Assembly (NCBI GenBank): GCA_040217195.1
Contig: JAVJNR010000005.1
Span: forward strand, 544,001 to 608,000
Origin: Leptospiraceae bacterium
Lineage (GTDB): Bacteria; Spirochaetota; Leptospiria; Leptospirales; Leptonemataceae
DNA length: 64,000 nt
Direction of reading: 5' to 3'
The notes under the pieces are model-generated. The model did not search any database and had not been told where the DNA came from. It saw only the letters and a list, made by a program, of their open reading frames with translations. Positions 1 through 10,161 of the stretch are shown in pieces. A program made the position numbers and the translations under genes. Within the stretch, counting starts at the first letter, position 1. Each line of letters opens with the position of its first letter.

Positions 1-3000
1 AATAGTACTGCGAAGGACTCCTTCTGTTCGGCTATGGTAGAGCCGGTAACGGTCTTATCTGCCAGAAAGTCCTTCAGTCGAAGACCAAAGATGTAATCCT
101 GAAAATCTGCGCTGTATTCGCTTTCATCTGCCTCCAGCAGATTGTCTGGAAAGTCCGTGCCGGCCCTTGCATCTGCCTCGGCCTTCATTTCATTCCACTG
201 GCGAACGGCCAGAATCTCATTTAGCAGGCCTGTTTGACGGGGCTCCATCTTTCTGGATTCAAAATAGGCCCCCAGGATTTCACTGTTCGAGAATCCAGAA
301 AGACTGCTGAAAGCATCGAAGTCAGTTAGCGCAGAAGCATTATCCAGAAATGCATGAAAGTCCCGGGCCAGAATCTGCTTTTGAAAGAATACAGGGATTC
401 CGTTCAGGTTAAGTCCAGGTCGTTCTTCCTCAGATACACTACCCGGTAGATCCTGTCCTTCCAGAAAATCCTGATAGCGCTTTTCGGCCAGCTCGCTGCC
501 CCGAACCACCAGTAGATTGACGAATTCCTCTGGATAGCTTTCTGGATTGAAAGCCTCTTTGCTGGATTCGGAGTTAAAGCTTTGCAGCGCTATGATAAAG
601 GCTTTCTCTTTCTGAGTATCGGTGAGCGCAGCCAGTTCCCCATCCCAGGCCCCGTTCTTTCCGTCTTCACCTTTGAGATACGAAAAGAGCATCTGAGCGG
701 TGAGAGCCGCCTGCATCATTTCATCCAGGGAGGAAGTCAGACTAGACTTCGCATCGTTCAATTCTTGAATGAGAGCAGCCTTCAGAGCATCGCCAGTGAG
801 TTCCGGCTCATTTACCATTATTTCCATGATAATGCTTCTGGACAGGGAACCAGAAGCCAGTTCCGGAAGTTTAGCCGTAAGCAGACTTCGCAAAGTCTCA
901 TCGCTGTCTGGATCGCTGGGCGATTCTTCCTGCCCCTCGGACTCCTTCAATGTCTCCAGGGAGCCGCTATCCGCCAGATTTTCAATCCTGGATATGGCAA
1001 TTTCAAAGTCCACATTCTGACTCTGATTCAGATAGTACTCTGGATCTCTTTCTGCTTCAAAGTCATTGCTCGGGTTCAGCTCTGCCTGAAGCTGTGATTG
1101 AAAACTGGACAATGCAGAAGCCAGAACTTGATCCGCTTTATAATTTCTCAGTAGCTCATGGGCATCTTCGTAAAGCGAAAGCCTTTGCGCTATGGCTTCC
1201 GGCACATCTGTTTTCTCATCTCCGTCTACATTTCTACGAGCTTCTTCTTCCAGAAGCTCAAAGTTCTCCTGAGAATCCAGAATCGCAAGTATGGCCGATG
1301 GAGAGGCACCGTTTTGCAATGCTTCCATTAGCTGATCTTCAAAGCCTTTCCAGGCAGGAAGGACTTCCTGAAGATGAGCGGAGTTTCGCTTCATGCGATC
1401 CGCCCGATCTTTGATCTCTTCCACAGAAGAGTCCCGCATATCTATGATTTCACGAGCCGCAGCCACCTCGATTAGATGCCCCTGAAGCATCATGATGGCC
1501 GCCTGCATCTCCTCAGACAGGCGTCCGCTGTTGTCTGGATTGGATGCATAGTCCAACAGGTTCTCGGACAGAGCTTCCAGAACAGGCCCTGGCAGGCTTT
1601 CATTCAAGACACCTGCAATATCATCGATGGACTCAACATCGGTGAGTCCCAGAGATGCGAAATCATCAGATATCAGAAAGGTATCGCCGCTCTTGCGTGC
1701 CTCGCCGCGAATATCAGGAACAAAAACTCCCAGAGCCAGTCCCAGGGTTTCAATTACAGGAACTGGGTCCTGATTCTGATTATTGTCCTGATCAAGAATC
1801 TGTCTTTTCTGCTGATCCTCGTTCAGTTGCTTCATTTCCTCTTCGAAGAAACCGCTAACTGCATTCATGAACTGAGAGCTACTGCCTTTTCCCTGCTTCA
1901 GTTCCTGTAGATAAGCACTCAGCCTGCGAATCTCAGCCTGACGAGCCTCCACATCTGGCTTCGCTGCATCGATTATATCCTGGAGTTCCTCTATGCGCTC
2001 TTCCAGAACGGCCATGTCGGAAGCATACTTCGCTTCCAGGTTCCCTCGTTCTGTGGCATCGGCAGCGCCATCGATTGCTTCGCGCATTTCCAGAAGTTGA
2101 GTGCGAAGAAGATTGATCCTGGCCTGAGTTTCCCCGTATTCCGGATGGGCTTCCGCCAGTTCTTTTTGAGCTTTATGAATCCGGCGGGTTAGATTCTTCG
2201 CTTCTTCTCTTTCAAAAATGAGTTCGAAATCTGTGTCCAGTTGATCCAGGTCTCTTTGAATTAAATCTCGAATCTGATTTAAATCTCTTCTTAGATAAGT
2301 GCTGTTGCCAGTGCGAATTCCACTGTAGCCCAGTAACAGTTCTCGCTCATCGGTATTGAGTCCGTAAAAAACATCTTCTATGTTTGCATCATCCGAACTC
2401 AAAACAGTATCCAGAGTATCCCGTAGATCTTCTCGTTCGGTTCTAAACTCCGTTACCCAGGCATCGCCGCTGGATTCTGGCTTGCTGTTTTCGAACTCCA
2501 GCCAGTAAGTGGAGCTCTCTTCCACACGATCCAGTTGTGCAAGCAATGCATCCCACCGTTTTTCTTTGGGTGTGGGATCATCCGAGTCCGGCTCTTCGTT
2601 GGCCGCATCGATCAGATCCCGGCTGTCTATGATCCAATCCTTACTGAATCTAAGAGAGGCGACGGTTTCGCTTGCTTCCGGATCCTCTCCGTCTGCGGTA
2701 ACATCGGTCACAGCGGTAGCGATGTCGGAGTCGCTGGCTGCAATCATGGCGCTGTAGGAATTCCCGCGATGATCTGTAAGGAATTGCTTTAAATCACCGG
2801 CAACGAGTTCTGCAAATTCCAGCATATCATCTCGAAGCTCTTCGCTTCGATCCTTCAATTCATCATTTGTGGGAACCTCGCTTTCGTCCGGCTCTCGATC
2901 CAGCTTTTTGAGTAGCGCCAGCCGAACAGCCTCCTCTGTAGACTTTAGAACGTCCTGAAGTCGGGTGATGTCCTTCTCCAGATCCGCAAGAGCTCGCTGC

Positions 3001-6000
3001 TTCTGGTCCTCGGCATGGGCTTTTTCTTCCGCATTCACATCTTCGTCGTCGATGGTTTCTTGAAGAGACTCCAGAAGGTCCAGGCGGCCCTGAAGCGAAC
3101 TGAGTGCGCTGGAGACCGTAGGACTTGCTGCTTTTGCAATATCCTCTTTGATCTCCAGAATAGCCTCGGCCCGGGCCTGAACATTTTCCGGCGCAGGGGC
3201 TCCCTGGGGATAGTCCTCCGAGCTTTGCAGATCTCGCAGGGCTTCACCGGCTTGCACGGTATTGTTCAAAGCTTCTACAAGTCCCAGTGCCTGCCTGGTT
3301 TGCTCTCGATTGTAGGCGCTTTCGTTCTTCTCACGAATGGTATCAAAATAATCGTCTTTCGCGGATTCCACCTGAGTTTGTAGAGGTATATCTGCTGCAT
3401 CCTCTACACTTTTCATCTGAGTCATCACAGCTCCCAGAGCACTGGCTGCGTTTCGCAGCTCTATCTGGATCAGTTCCTGAGCTTCGCCAGAATTCTGAAT
3501 CTCCAGATCTATTCTGGCCTGCTTGTAAGCTTCCCTGGATTCATTCAGGCGCTCTTCTGCCAGACGGAGAGTATCCGTAGTGGATTCCAGATCGTCTTTC
3601 AGATCTCCCAGGGCATCACTTCTCTGCTTTAGATTGGGCTGCGAAAGAGCGGTCCGAATAAGCTCCCGCTCTTCTGAATAGTTAAACTCTCCGGCCAGCT
3701 TTTCCATTTCCAGAGACAGAGCACGGGCCGTTCCATGCAGAGCTTTCCATCGGTTGGCAAGTGTGGATGCACTTGCATTTCCGGATAGTATCTCATCTCG
3801 AAAGGATTGCAGTCGGGAGCGAAACGGAAGCAATGGATGGGCGGAAGCATCGTCGCCACTGAACTCAGCCAGTAGAGTTCCGAGCTCTGCCAGCATTTCG
3901 TTTACATCATCTACGTCCGGAACCGTTTCTGCATCCAGTCCAGCCACATCGGAGATAAAGTCTGAACTGGACTGTAGATTTTCGCCTCTGGCTGCATACA
4001 GCTCAAAGTCTGTTTGTTCTTGAATAAGTTGTTCAATTAGTGCTTCATAAGCTGCTGGATCTGCGTCCGGATCCATGCCCTGGAGCTGAAGGGCCAGAGC
4101 TCCCGCTTCCCCGGCCGTTACATCATAGGCCAGCTGAAGTAGATCTGTTTTTGTCTTACTGGCCTGTACTCTCCAGTCTGTAACCGCAGCCATTTCCAGG
4201 CCGGCTCCGTGTTTTTCGGCTATATCTGCGTAATGTTTTACTCTACGAGCTCGCTCCAGTCTCTGAGCCTGACGATCCCGTTCCCGACGAAGGACTTCCC
4301 ATTCGTATTTCGCATCGGTCATCAAGTAGGGATCATTGGCATTACCCGTAATGTGCTGCCGATACAGTCCATCTTCCAGTTTTCCCAGGATCAGTTCCCG
4401 AAGACGCAGATCCTCCTCTGTGGACTTGTTGAAGAACTCGCTAGCTATGGCTGTTTTGATATCTGCCAGTGCTTGCTCTCGTAATTGCTTCGCAGCCTGA
4501 TCTTGCGCGGATCCTTCTTCTACATCTTCCGGCCAGAGTTCTTCTGCTCCGCCTTTCTGCTTGATAATGTCATTGATGAGCTTCGTGATTTCAATACCAT
4601 GTTCCAGATATTCCTTATCTAGACCGGCAACCAGCTCACGTATCTCCTGGATGCTGTCCATAGCTTCATAATTGAAGTCCTGGCTGTTCTGTAGCTCCTG
4701 CGCTCGCTCTACAAAGAGTCTGTTGGAGCGAATGTCGCTTTCCATGTCTCGCACATACAGAGCGTAGTTGGTTCGATTCTCTTCGTTCGCGAGCCAGTTC
4801 AGGAGCTTTTCTCGAAACGTCTCTTCGTCGAACTCTTCCAGTTCCTCTCTTAAATCCTCACCGAACTGCCGCTGATCATTCAGTAATCCAGAGGAAGAGT
4901 CTTCCGAATACAGAGTTCCATGCAATTCTTCCTGGGCTCGAAGCAGAATCAATTCGAATCGATCGATGGACTCAGCCATCTCCTGCTCTTCCTCTGTATA
5001 GAAATCCTTGAGTCGATCATTGTTCGTGGATGAGTCTCCCAGTAGCTCCAGAAGCTCCTGGTAATAGGCCTGGGCCTCCTTCGCTTCCAGAAGAGCTGCT
5101 CCGCCTCCGCGAACCATACTTGCCAGCTGTTCGGAAGAACCATTCCAGCGATCCCTTTCCTGATCTATGTAATCCTGAAGATCTGCCTCGGCCTGTGCAC
5201 GATTCTCCTCGAATTCCTGATATTTCGCTGCGTATTTCGCCCGGCCTTCTTCGATCTTTGTTCGTACAGCCTCAAGCCAGTCATCTCTCGCGCTTTTGAG
5301 CTTCTCGTGTTCTTCTTTCCAGATTTCTTCGGCTTCTGCGCGAGAGGTCTTTGTGGCTTCCATCCAGACAAGCCGATCCTGATACAGATCTTCTTCTGCT
5401 TCTTCGAATACCTGAAGCCCCTGGCTGATAATCTCCTCAACCTGTCTCTGATACTCCAGAGGATCCGGACTGCCTTCTTGAGAATTCAGAGCTTCTTCGC
5501 TCTGCTCCAGCAGGGCTGCGGTTTGCTCTTCTACCTGGATTTGCGCATTTTCTATAGCCTGATCGCCAATCTCTTCTGCGGAACCGGATTCGCTCTGCAC
5601 TTTAGCGCTGAGATCATCCGATCGTTTCAGAGCTATGTAGCGGTTCTTGGCTTTAAGAAGATAGAAATGCTCACGCATCTCAAACTTATTTCGAATCTCC
5701 GCTTCTTTCTCTGCAATGGCCTGGTCCAGAGCTTCAATCTGGGTATCGTCCAGAGGACCTATGTTGTCTCTTGCTTCCGCAATCCTGGCTTCCAGGTCCG
5801 TTTCAAAAGCCTCAACAAGGCTTTCATTCAATCCTTCTACAAGACTCTCCCAGCTATCCAGCTCCAGTTCCGGATTATTCTCGAAGGCAGCCTCCGCGGT
5901 GGAAATGATCTCTTGATACTCCTGTTCCGATATCTCAAGGCCTTCGATATTCTCTTGCTTTACACGAAAATCCGCTTCCCGTTCTAATATTAGCTGCGAA

Positions 6001-6359
6001 GCTTCCGTTTCCCAGTCTATACGGGCTGTTTCATATTCTGTATCCAGAGCATCCAGTTCTTCTTCTTGCTCATCCTCATCCAGATCGTCTTCACGAATAC
6101 GATCCTGGCGATCCTGAATCTCCTCAGCCGCATCTTCTTCCCAGTCTGCTTTTAGTGATATGAGACCTGCCTGTACATAGCTCCGCCACTGATCCAGATC
6201 CTGCATATTTGTGGCGCGATTCAGATAGCTTTCCAGAGCCTTCTTATCTTCGCCATCGAAGTCTCGGAATGGTTCAGCAACGAGGCCGGGAGGGAAAACA
6301 AAGATGGTAAGAAAATTAAGGATCAACCAGAAGCTTATGGATTTTTGAATCCAGTTCAT
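1..6359 (-). CDS. Giant secreted acidic coiled-coil protein, >=2119 aa, C-terminus runs off the left edge; resembles Leptospira 'putative large structural protein' (TIGR04388-like) N-terminal region
   Basis: ATG at 6359 gives MNWIQKSISFWLILNFLTIFVFPPGLVA-EPF (signal peptide), then ...DQWRSYVQAGLISLKADWEEDA...ARIDWETEASQLILERE; internal GNANDPYLMTDAKYEWEVLRRER; same frame still open at positions 3-110 (DFQDYIFGLRLKDFLADKTVTGSTIAEQKESFAVL). The ORF track reports nothing in this frame, consistent with no stop inside the window. Confidence 0.85.
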   Translation of the reverse strand, partial: MNWIQKSISFWLILNFLTIFVFPPGLVAEPFRDFDGEDKKALESYLNRATNMQDLDQWRSYVQAGLISLKADWEEDAAEEIQDRQDRIREDDLDEDEQEEELDALDTEYETARIDWETEASQLILEREADFRVKQENIEGLEISEQEYQEIISTAEAAFENNPELELDSWESLVEGLNESLVEAFETDLEARIAEARDNIGPLDDTQIEALDQAIAEKEAEIRNKFEMREHFYLLKAKNRYIALKRSDDLSAKVQSESGSAEEIGDQAIENAQIQVEEQTAALLEQSEEALNSQEGSPDPLEYQRQVEEIISQGLQVFEEAEEDLYQDRLVWMEATKTSRAEAEEIWKEEHEKLKSARDDWLEAVRTKIEEGRAKYAAKYQEFEENRAQAEADLQDYIDQERDRWNGSSEQLASMVRGGGAALLEAKEAQAYYQELLELLGDSSTNNDRLKDFYTEEEQEMAESIDRFELILLRAQEELHGTLYSEDSSSGLLNDQRQFGEDLREELEEFDEETFREKLLNWLANEENRTNYALYVRDMESDIRSNRLFVERAQELQNSQDFNYEAMDSIQEIRELVAGLDKEYLEHGIEITKLINDIIKQKGGAEELWPEDVEEGSAQDQAAKQLREQALADIKTAIASEFFNKSTEEDLRLRELILGKLEDGLYRQHITGNANDPYLMTDAKYEWEVLRRERDRQAQRLERARRVKHYADIAEKHGAGLEMAAVTDWRVQASKTKTDLLQLAYDVTAGEAGALALQLQGMDPDADPAAYEALIEQLIQEQTDFELYAARGENLQSSSDFISDVAGLDAETVPDVDDVNEMLAELGTLLAEFSGDDASAHPLLPFRSRLQSFRDEILSGNASASTLANRWKALHGTARALSLEMEKLAGEFNYSEERELIRTALSQPNLKQRSDALGDLKDDLESTTDTLRLAEERLNESREAYKQARIDLEIQNSGEAQELIQIELRNAASALGAVMTQMKSVEDAADIPLQTQVESAKDDYFDTIREKNESAYNREQTRQALGLVEALNNTVQAGEALRDLQSSEDYPQGAPAPENVQARAEAILEIKEDIAKAASPTVSSALSSLQGRLDLLESLQETIDDEDVNAEEKAHAEDQKQRALADLEKDITRLQDVLKSTEEAVRLALLKKLDREPDESEVPTNDELKDRSEELRDDMLEFAELVAGDLKQFLTDHRGNSYSAMIAASDSDIATAVTDVTADGEDPEASETVASLRFSKDWIIDSRDLIDAANEEPDSDDPTPKEKRWDALLAQLDRVEESSTYWLEFENSKPESSGDAWVTEFRTEREDLRDTLDTVLSSDDANIEDVFYGLNTDERELLLGYSGIRTGNSTYLRRDLNQIRDLIQRDLDQLDTDFELIFEREEAKNLTRRIHKAQKELAEAHPEYGETQARINLLRTQLLEMREAIDGAADATERGNLEAKYASDMAVLEERIEELQDIIDAAKPDVEARQAEIRRLSAYLQELKQGKGSSSQFMNAVSGFFEEEMKQLNEDQQKRQILDQDNNQNQDPVPVIETLGLALGVFVPDIRGEARKSGDTFLISDDFASLGLTDVESIDDIAGVLNESLPGPVLEALSENLLDYASNPDNSGRLSEEMQAAIMMLQGHLIEVAAAREIIDMRDSSVEEIKDRADRMKRNSAHLQEVLPAWKGFEDQLMEALQNGASPSAILAILDSQENFELLEEEARRNVDGDEKTDVPEAIAQRLSLYEDAHELLRNYKADQVLASALSSFQSQLQAELNPSNDFEAERDPEYYLNQSQNVDFEIAISRIENLADSGSLETLKESEGQEESPSDPDSDETLRSLLTAKLPELASGSLSRSIIMEIMVNEPELTGDALKAALIQELNDAKSSLTSSLDEMMQAALTAQMLFSYLKGEDGKNGAWDGELAALTDTQKEKAFIIALQSFNSESSKEAFNPESYPEEFVNLLVVRGSELAEKRYQDFLEGQDLPGSVSEEERPGLNLNGIPVFFQKQILARDFHAFLDNASALTDFDAFSSLSGFSNSEILGAYFESRKMEPRQTGLLNEILAVRQWNEMKAEADARAGTDFPDNLLEADESEYSADFQDYIFGLRLKDFLADKTVTGSTIAEQKESFAVL

Positions 6360-6470
6360 GAGACGCTCTCCAAAAAAGAATTATTATCGAGCGTCGCTAT
6401 ACGAGCGAATGTTGAGCCTAAATGGCAAAAGAGCGAAAAGGGCAGGATTCGAGCGCAGTGGCTCGACTTC

Positions 6471-7058
6471 TCAGGGCCGCATACGATTTTTCCCGGTCAC
6501 CTTCTCATCGGATGAACTGGCCGACGTTTGTTTCTGTGAAAGCAACCTGGACAGCAGGATTCTCAACCCTTCCATTATATCGGACCGATTCACCGACTTC
6601 AATTCTTCCTGATGCAACGATCCTTGAGCAACCGTAGAGCCCCGAACTAGATCCAGAATCTCAAGAGAAATAGTAATCGAAAACGTTCTGCGAATCAAAG
6701 TCTCCTCTGGTCGAATGTCTAATTCGCCGCGCAACCAGTATCGACCAATGTAACTTCGATTAAGCATCAATAGCCCCTTTCTGTTAAGAAAACCATCAGA
6801 AGTTCGAAACCGATCCATATTCGCATCCAGAACCCGGGGATCCACTCCGCGTCGGCGCAGGGAAAAAATTAAACTGGATAAAAGAGAGGATCTATCAATA
6901 AACCTGGACGAAAGGCCTTGCATGGCGATATTTCCCAGACCGATTCTTCTGGTCTCCGGCGGGTTGTCCGAAAACCAGAATCGGGAATTCCAGTCCCGAC
7001 ATCCAATCATCAAAAAAACGCATAGCAATGACAGAACGATTCGCTTTAGTGACAACAT
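6471..7058 (-). CDS. Lipoprotein of unknown function (possibly CsgG/LpoB-like alpha/beta fold)
   Basis: Lipobox-like LMIG-C after hydrophobic stretch; overlaps upstream ORF; directly precedes the giant ORF. Confidence 0.6.
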   Translation of the reverse strand: MLSLKRIVLSLLCVFLMIGCRDWNSRFWFSDNPPETRRIGLGNIAMQGLSSRFIDRSSLLSSLIFSLRRRGVDPRVLDANMDRFRTSDGFLNRKGLLMLNRSYIGRYWLRGELDIRPEETLIRRTFSITISLEILDLVRGSTVAQGSLHQEELKSVNRSDIMEGLRILLSRLLSQKQTSASSSDEKVTGKNRMRP

Positions 7059-7600
7059 CGCACTCCCAGTCTGGGACTTTCCTTTTGGGGAGAGACTCTG
7101 CGAAACGTAAAGCAGTCAGCCATTCCTATGATGACCGGATCCCCTTCGGGCCCGGATACCCATTCGGCAGCATTACCCGCCATATCCGAAGGTGCATTTG
7201 GACTTCCGGAGCAGGCAGCACCTGTTGGCAAAATCCCGGACCTATCGGAGCAGGCCTTTGATTGTTGAGCTTCAGCGGCCTTGCAGGCCCATATCCATTC
7301 CCGGTAGTTGCAAATCCGAGCAGCGGATGCAGAACACAGCCTTTTTGCTTCTTCATAATTAATATTTGTAAGCGGTATCAGTCCCTGTCCTCCAGGGGAT
7401 TTGGAAGCACTCTTCGCACGTTCAAAACGTTCTATTCCATAATTCACTCCAAACAACTGAAGGTAACTCACATAGGGTACATCTACCTTTCTTTCAGAAG
7501 TATGCACCCTCCGATCTCTGCCTTCCTTCGTAGAGATTCTACAATTTGACAAGGAAATGGAAAGAATGCAAATGCCTGCGATAATCAAAAGACGCATCAA
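7046..7600 (-). CDS. FGE-sulfatase (SUMF1/C-type-lectin-like) domain lipoprotein
   Basis: Lipobox-like SLSN-C; motifs NYEEAKRLC, REW, DMAGNAAEWV, GVRCC. Confidence 0.75.
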   Translation of the reverse strand: MMRLLIIAGICILSISLSNCRISTKEGRDRRVHTSERKVDVPYVSYLQLFGVNYGIERFERAKSASKSPGGQGLIPLTNINYEEAKRLCSASAARICNYREWIWACKAAEAQQSKACSDRSGILPTGAACSGSPNAPSDMAGNAAEWVSGPEGDPVIIGMADCFTFRRVSPQKESPRLGVRCCH

Positions 7601-8220
7601 GACCTTCCCCCAATTCGTCCAGGTTTGTCTGACAGAAACCTTACTTCCTTTAGAATCCGCTCTTTTCCGGACGGACCGCCCAGACTATGATCGGCGATTC
7701 CCCGAAATCTTTGCCCGGGTGCACGGAAAGAAATTCGTTTCCATATCTGGCCTTCGCAAACTCCCCGAATCAGGTCCTTTTCAGTCCCCGGGTTCTTTAG
7801 AGTAATTTCACAGACTACTGGATGCCGAAACTCCGCACCAGATCTATCATCCGACAATTCTTTGAATCGGATCGAACGCAGAGCATCGATTCGAAACTCT
7901 CGATTGGCTCCGGACTGAACCACCACTATCTTCCTGGCAGGCAATGCAAGCAATCCTTCGAATCTAGCATCCGAGAATCGAATCAGAGCACTTTGAATTA
8001 ACCTTTGATTTTTCTGTGCCGACGCCTTCTTTACATCCTGCGTACCAGGCGGCAATATCTCTAATTCCGCGCGCATCTCATTCAGGATTTCTGAGGGCTC
8101 TTTATCATCTGTAAGAAAATCTTCGCCCTGAATTGCTCTGACCGAAAGGATGGCAATGACGAGAATCGAGGCTCTGGCAAAACGGGTGTAAAGGTACTCT
8201 GGTTTACTTTTGACGCACAT
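7597..8220 (-). CDS. Hypothetical exported protein (start uncertain; track extends to 8355)
   Basis: Open frame; hydrophobic ASILVIAILSVRAIQG segment; 4-bp overlap with next gene. Confidence 0.55.
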   Translation of the reverse strand: MCVKSKPEYLYTRFARASILVIAILSVRAIQGEDFLTDDKEPSEILNEMRAELEILPPGTQDVKKASAQKNQRLIQSALIRFSDARFEGLLALPARKIVVVQSGANREFRIDALRSIRFKELSDDRSGAEFRHPVVCEITLKNPGTEKDLIRGVCEGQIWKRISFRAPGQRFRGIADHSLGGPSGKERILKEVRFLSDKPGRIGGRS

Positions 8221-8466
8221 CGCCCCTTCATGTCTCCAGTGGAACCCCCGTTGCGCTTTTTTTCTGGCCCCGCAGGTTCTTGCCGAGAAACTGAGGAAAG
8301 TGTGGTACGAGACCAGGCGGACTCTTAGTAAGGAAATTATTTTGCGCCGGGCCAAAACCGGGGCAGATTCATTCAGCCATTTGGCAAGAATTGCGTTGCA
8401 GGGTTAAAAAGCTGGTAGAGTACAGATACCCGTTCAATTCAATTTATTATAGAAAGGAAAAAGCAA

Positions 8467-8787
8467 ATGAAAGATCGGATTTTTAGATATATTCTCATCG
8501 CCATCGCAGCAGGATTCACTCTCTTTTTCTTTTACTATGTAATCCCACCAGCCCTTTCCCCATTCGATCCTCTGGGGGCCATCCTCGGTGGATTCGTGAA
8601 CCCATTCGCATCTGGTTACTCTACCGATGTAATTCTGTGCTGGCTGATTCTGGTTGCCTGGATATTGTATGAAAGGGACCGGGTCCGACATGGATGGGTG
8701 TGCATCATTCTTGGAGCTATCCCTGGAGTAGCCGTGGGCTTTGCACTCTATCTGATTCTACGATTGGAACAACATGCAAAAGTTTAA
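8467..8787 (+). CDS. Small membrane protein (DUF2834-like)
   Basis: Three hydrophobic helices; FVNPFASGYSTDV and PGVAVGFALYL motifs; AAGGAAA upstream. Confidence 0.7.
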   Translation: MKDRIFRYILIAIAAGFTLFFFYYVIPPALSPFDPLGAILGGFVNPFASGYSTDVILCWLILVAWILYERDRVRHGWVCIILGAIPGVAVGFALYLILRLEQHAKV

Positions 8788-8863
8788 TTGACCTGCGGCC
8801 AAAGGCCTAGTCCCGCACCGGACCGATTTCGATTCCAGGCCAATCCTGCGACGCGCACCGACC

Positions 8864-9099
8864 CCCGAGTTCGCTTCTGCCCGCCAAGCCGCTTTAAGGC
8901 GAACCCGCGCCGCAAAAAGCAATCTGCCCCGAGTTCGCTTTTGACCACCAATCCGCTTTAAGGCGAACCCGCGCCGCAAAAAGCAACCAACCCCCGAGTT
9001 CGCTTCTGACCACCAATCCGTTTTAAGGCGAACCCGCGCCGCAAAAAAGCACCATCACCCGAGTTCGCTTCTAACCACCAAGCCGTTTTAGGGCGAACC
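8864..9099. repeat. Tandem array of four 64-65 bp palindromic units (REP/BIME-like) between convergent genes
   Basis: CCCGAGTTCGCTT recurs at 8864, 8928, 8993 and 9058; each copy has (A/G)GGCGAACC as imperfect inverted partner. Confidence 0.9.
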
Positions 9100-9126
9100 T
9101 GACTGAATTGCGGCTGCTATCCCACT

Positions 9127-10161
9127 TTATTCAACGTCAATCCATTCACCTACACGGACGTACCGGTAGCCTTTTCCAAAGGCCCGAGCGAACTGTTCTA
9201 TGACTTCGTCTGAACTATCGTGAGTTCCCAGAGCCACCAGTGCTGGACTTAATTCACGAATCAGGCGCAGATCATTATTGACATCTTCCTGGCTCAAAGG
9301 CTGTAGGGGACCATTTCCGGAAGCGAGCCAACGCTGGGCATTGATTCCCAGAGGATTCATACGTCCCTGAGGCACTGGAAGATGCAAATCGCCCACAATG
9401 CCGTATATCTTCTGCGGGAAGGTTCTCTGGACCTGGTCCAGCAGTCGAGACACAGTCTGATGTCCGCAGCCCACCACGATTACCAGGCCTTTGCCCTGAA
9501 CGTTAATGACCAGGGCCTGCTCTTCAATGTATCCTATGAATAGTTGCCTGGGAATTCCGCCCGTTGTGGCCATTCCAGGAAGGATTCGCTTAGCCTTCGG
9601 GGTAAATCTTACATCCAGCGCTCCGGCACCGGAACGACTCAGAAATTCATCGAGAGGTTTCAGATCCAGAGCCTGAGGAGTAAAAATGGGGATGCTGCGC
9701 TGCGACTGAGCCAGATAATCGAACATTGGACTGTTTCGTGTATCCAGTTCGCCCACATGATCAAAGTGAGTATGCGAAATGAATATCGCATCCAGGGATT
9801 CCCAGGATATCCCCAGATTTTCCATGTTTTCTACAAGTGCTGATGGATTCTCCTTTGCCGGATTGTGGCCAAGGTCGAATAGCACTGTTCCTCGGTTTGT
9901 GCGAATTAAATAGGAAACTCCTACCTCGGCACGAAGGTGCGGCATACCTGCGTCGGATCGATCCCGGGCTGGATGAAAGTTTACCAGGGGCAAGATGGAA
10001 AGCTCTTGAACTTCATCCAGATCCCGCACAAGTGCTGCTCCGGGTATCCAGTCATTGTCCACGGCTTTCGCATTAAAGTAGTGATAGACCAGGACGCCGG
10101 AAATTGTAGTCAGAATCACCAGCGCTCCAATGATCCATTTCTTGCCGTTTCTCATGATCAA
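9127..10161 (-). CDS. MBL-fold metallo-hydrolase with N-terminal membrane anchor
   Basis: LFDLG, SHTHFDH, VGCGH, GDLHL, THDS motifs. Confidence 0.85.
   Translation of the reverse strand: MIMRNGKKWIIGALVILTTISGVLVYHYFNAKAVDNDWIPGAALVRDLDEVQELSILPLVNFHPARDRSDAGMPHLRAEVGVSYLIRTNRGTVLFDLGHNPAKENPSALVENMENLGISWESLDAIFISHTHFDHVGELDTRNSPMFDYLAQSQRSIPIFTPQALDLKPLDEFLSRSGAGALDVRFTPKAKRILPGMATTGGIPRQLFIGYIEEQALVINVQGKGLVIVVGCGHQTVSRLLDQVQRTFPQKIYGIVGDLHLPVPQGRMNPLGINAQRWLASGNGPLQPLSQEDVNNDLRLIRELSPALVALGTHDSSDEVIEQFARAFGKGYRYVRVGEWIDVE

Noticed and set aside
582..5987. Many plus-strand ORFs of 60-226 aa in the track
   Set aside because: They are antisense shadows of the giant minus-strand ORF and show no motifs.
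7046..7600. Diversity-generating retroelement target (FGE/CLec fold)
   Set aside because: No reverse transcriptase and no template-repeat copy of the 3' end seen in the window.
8380..8400. Sigma-54 promoter TTGGCAAGAATTGC
   Set aside because: GG-to-GC spacing is 8 nt, not the required 10.
8864..9099. CRISPR array
   Set aside because: Inter-repeat segments are near-identical rather than unique spacers, and no cas genes are present. The same holds for 54228-54447.
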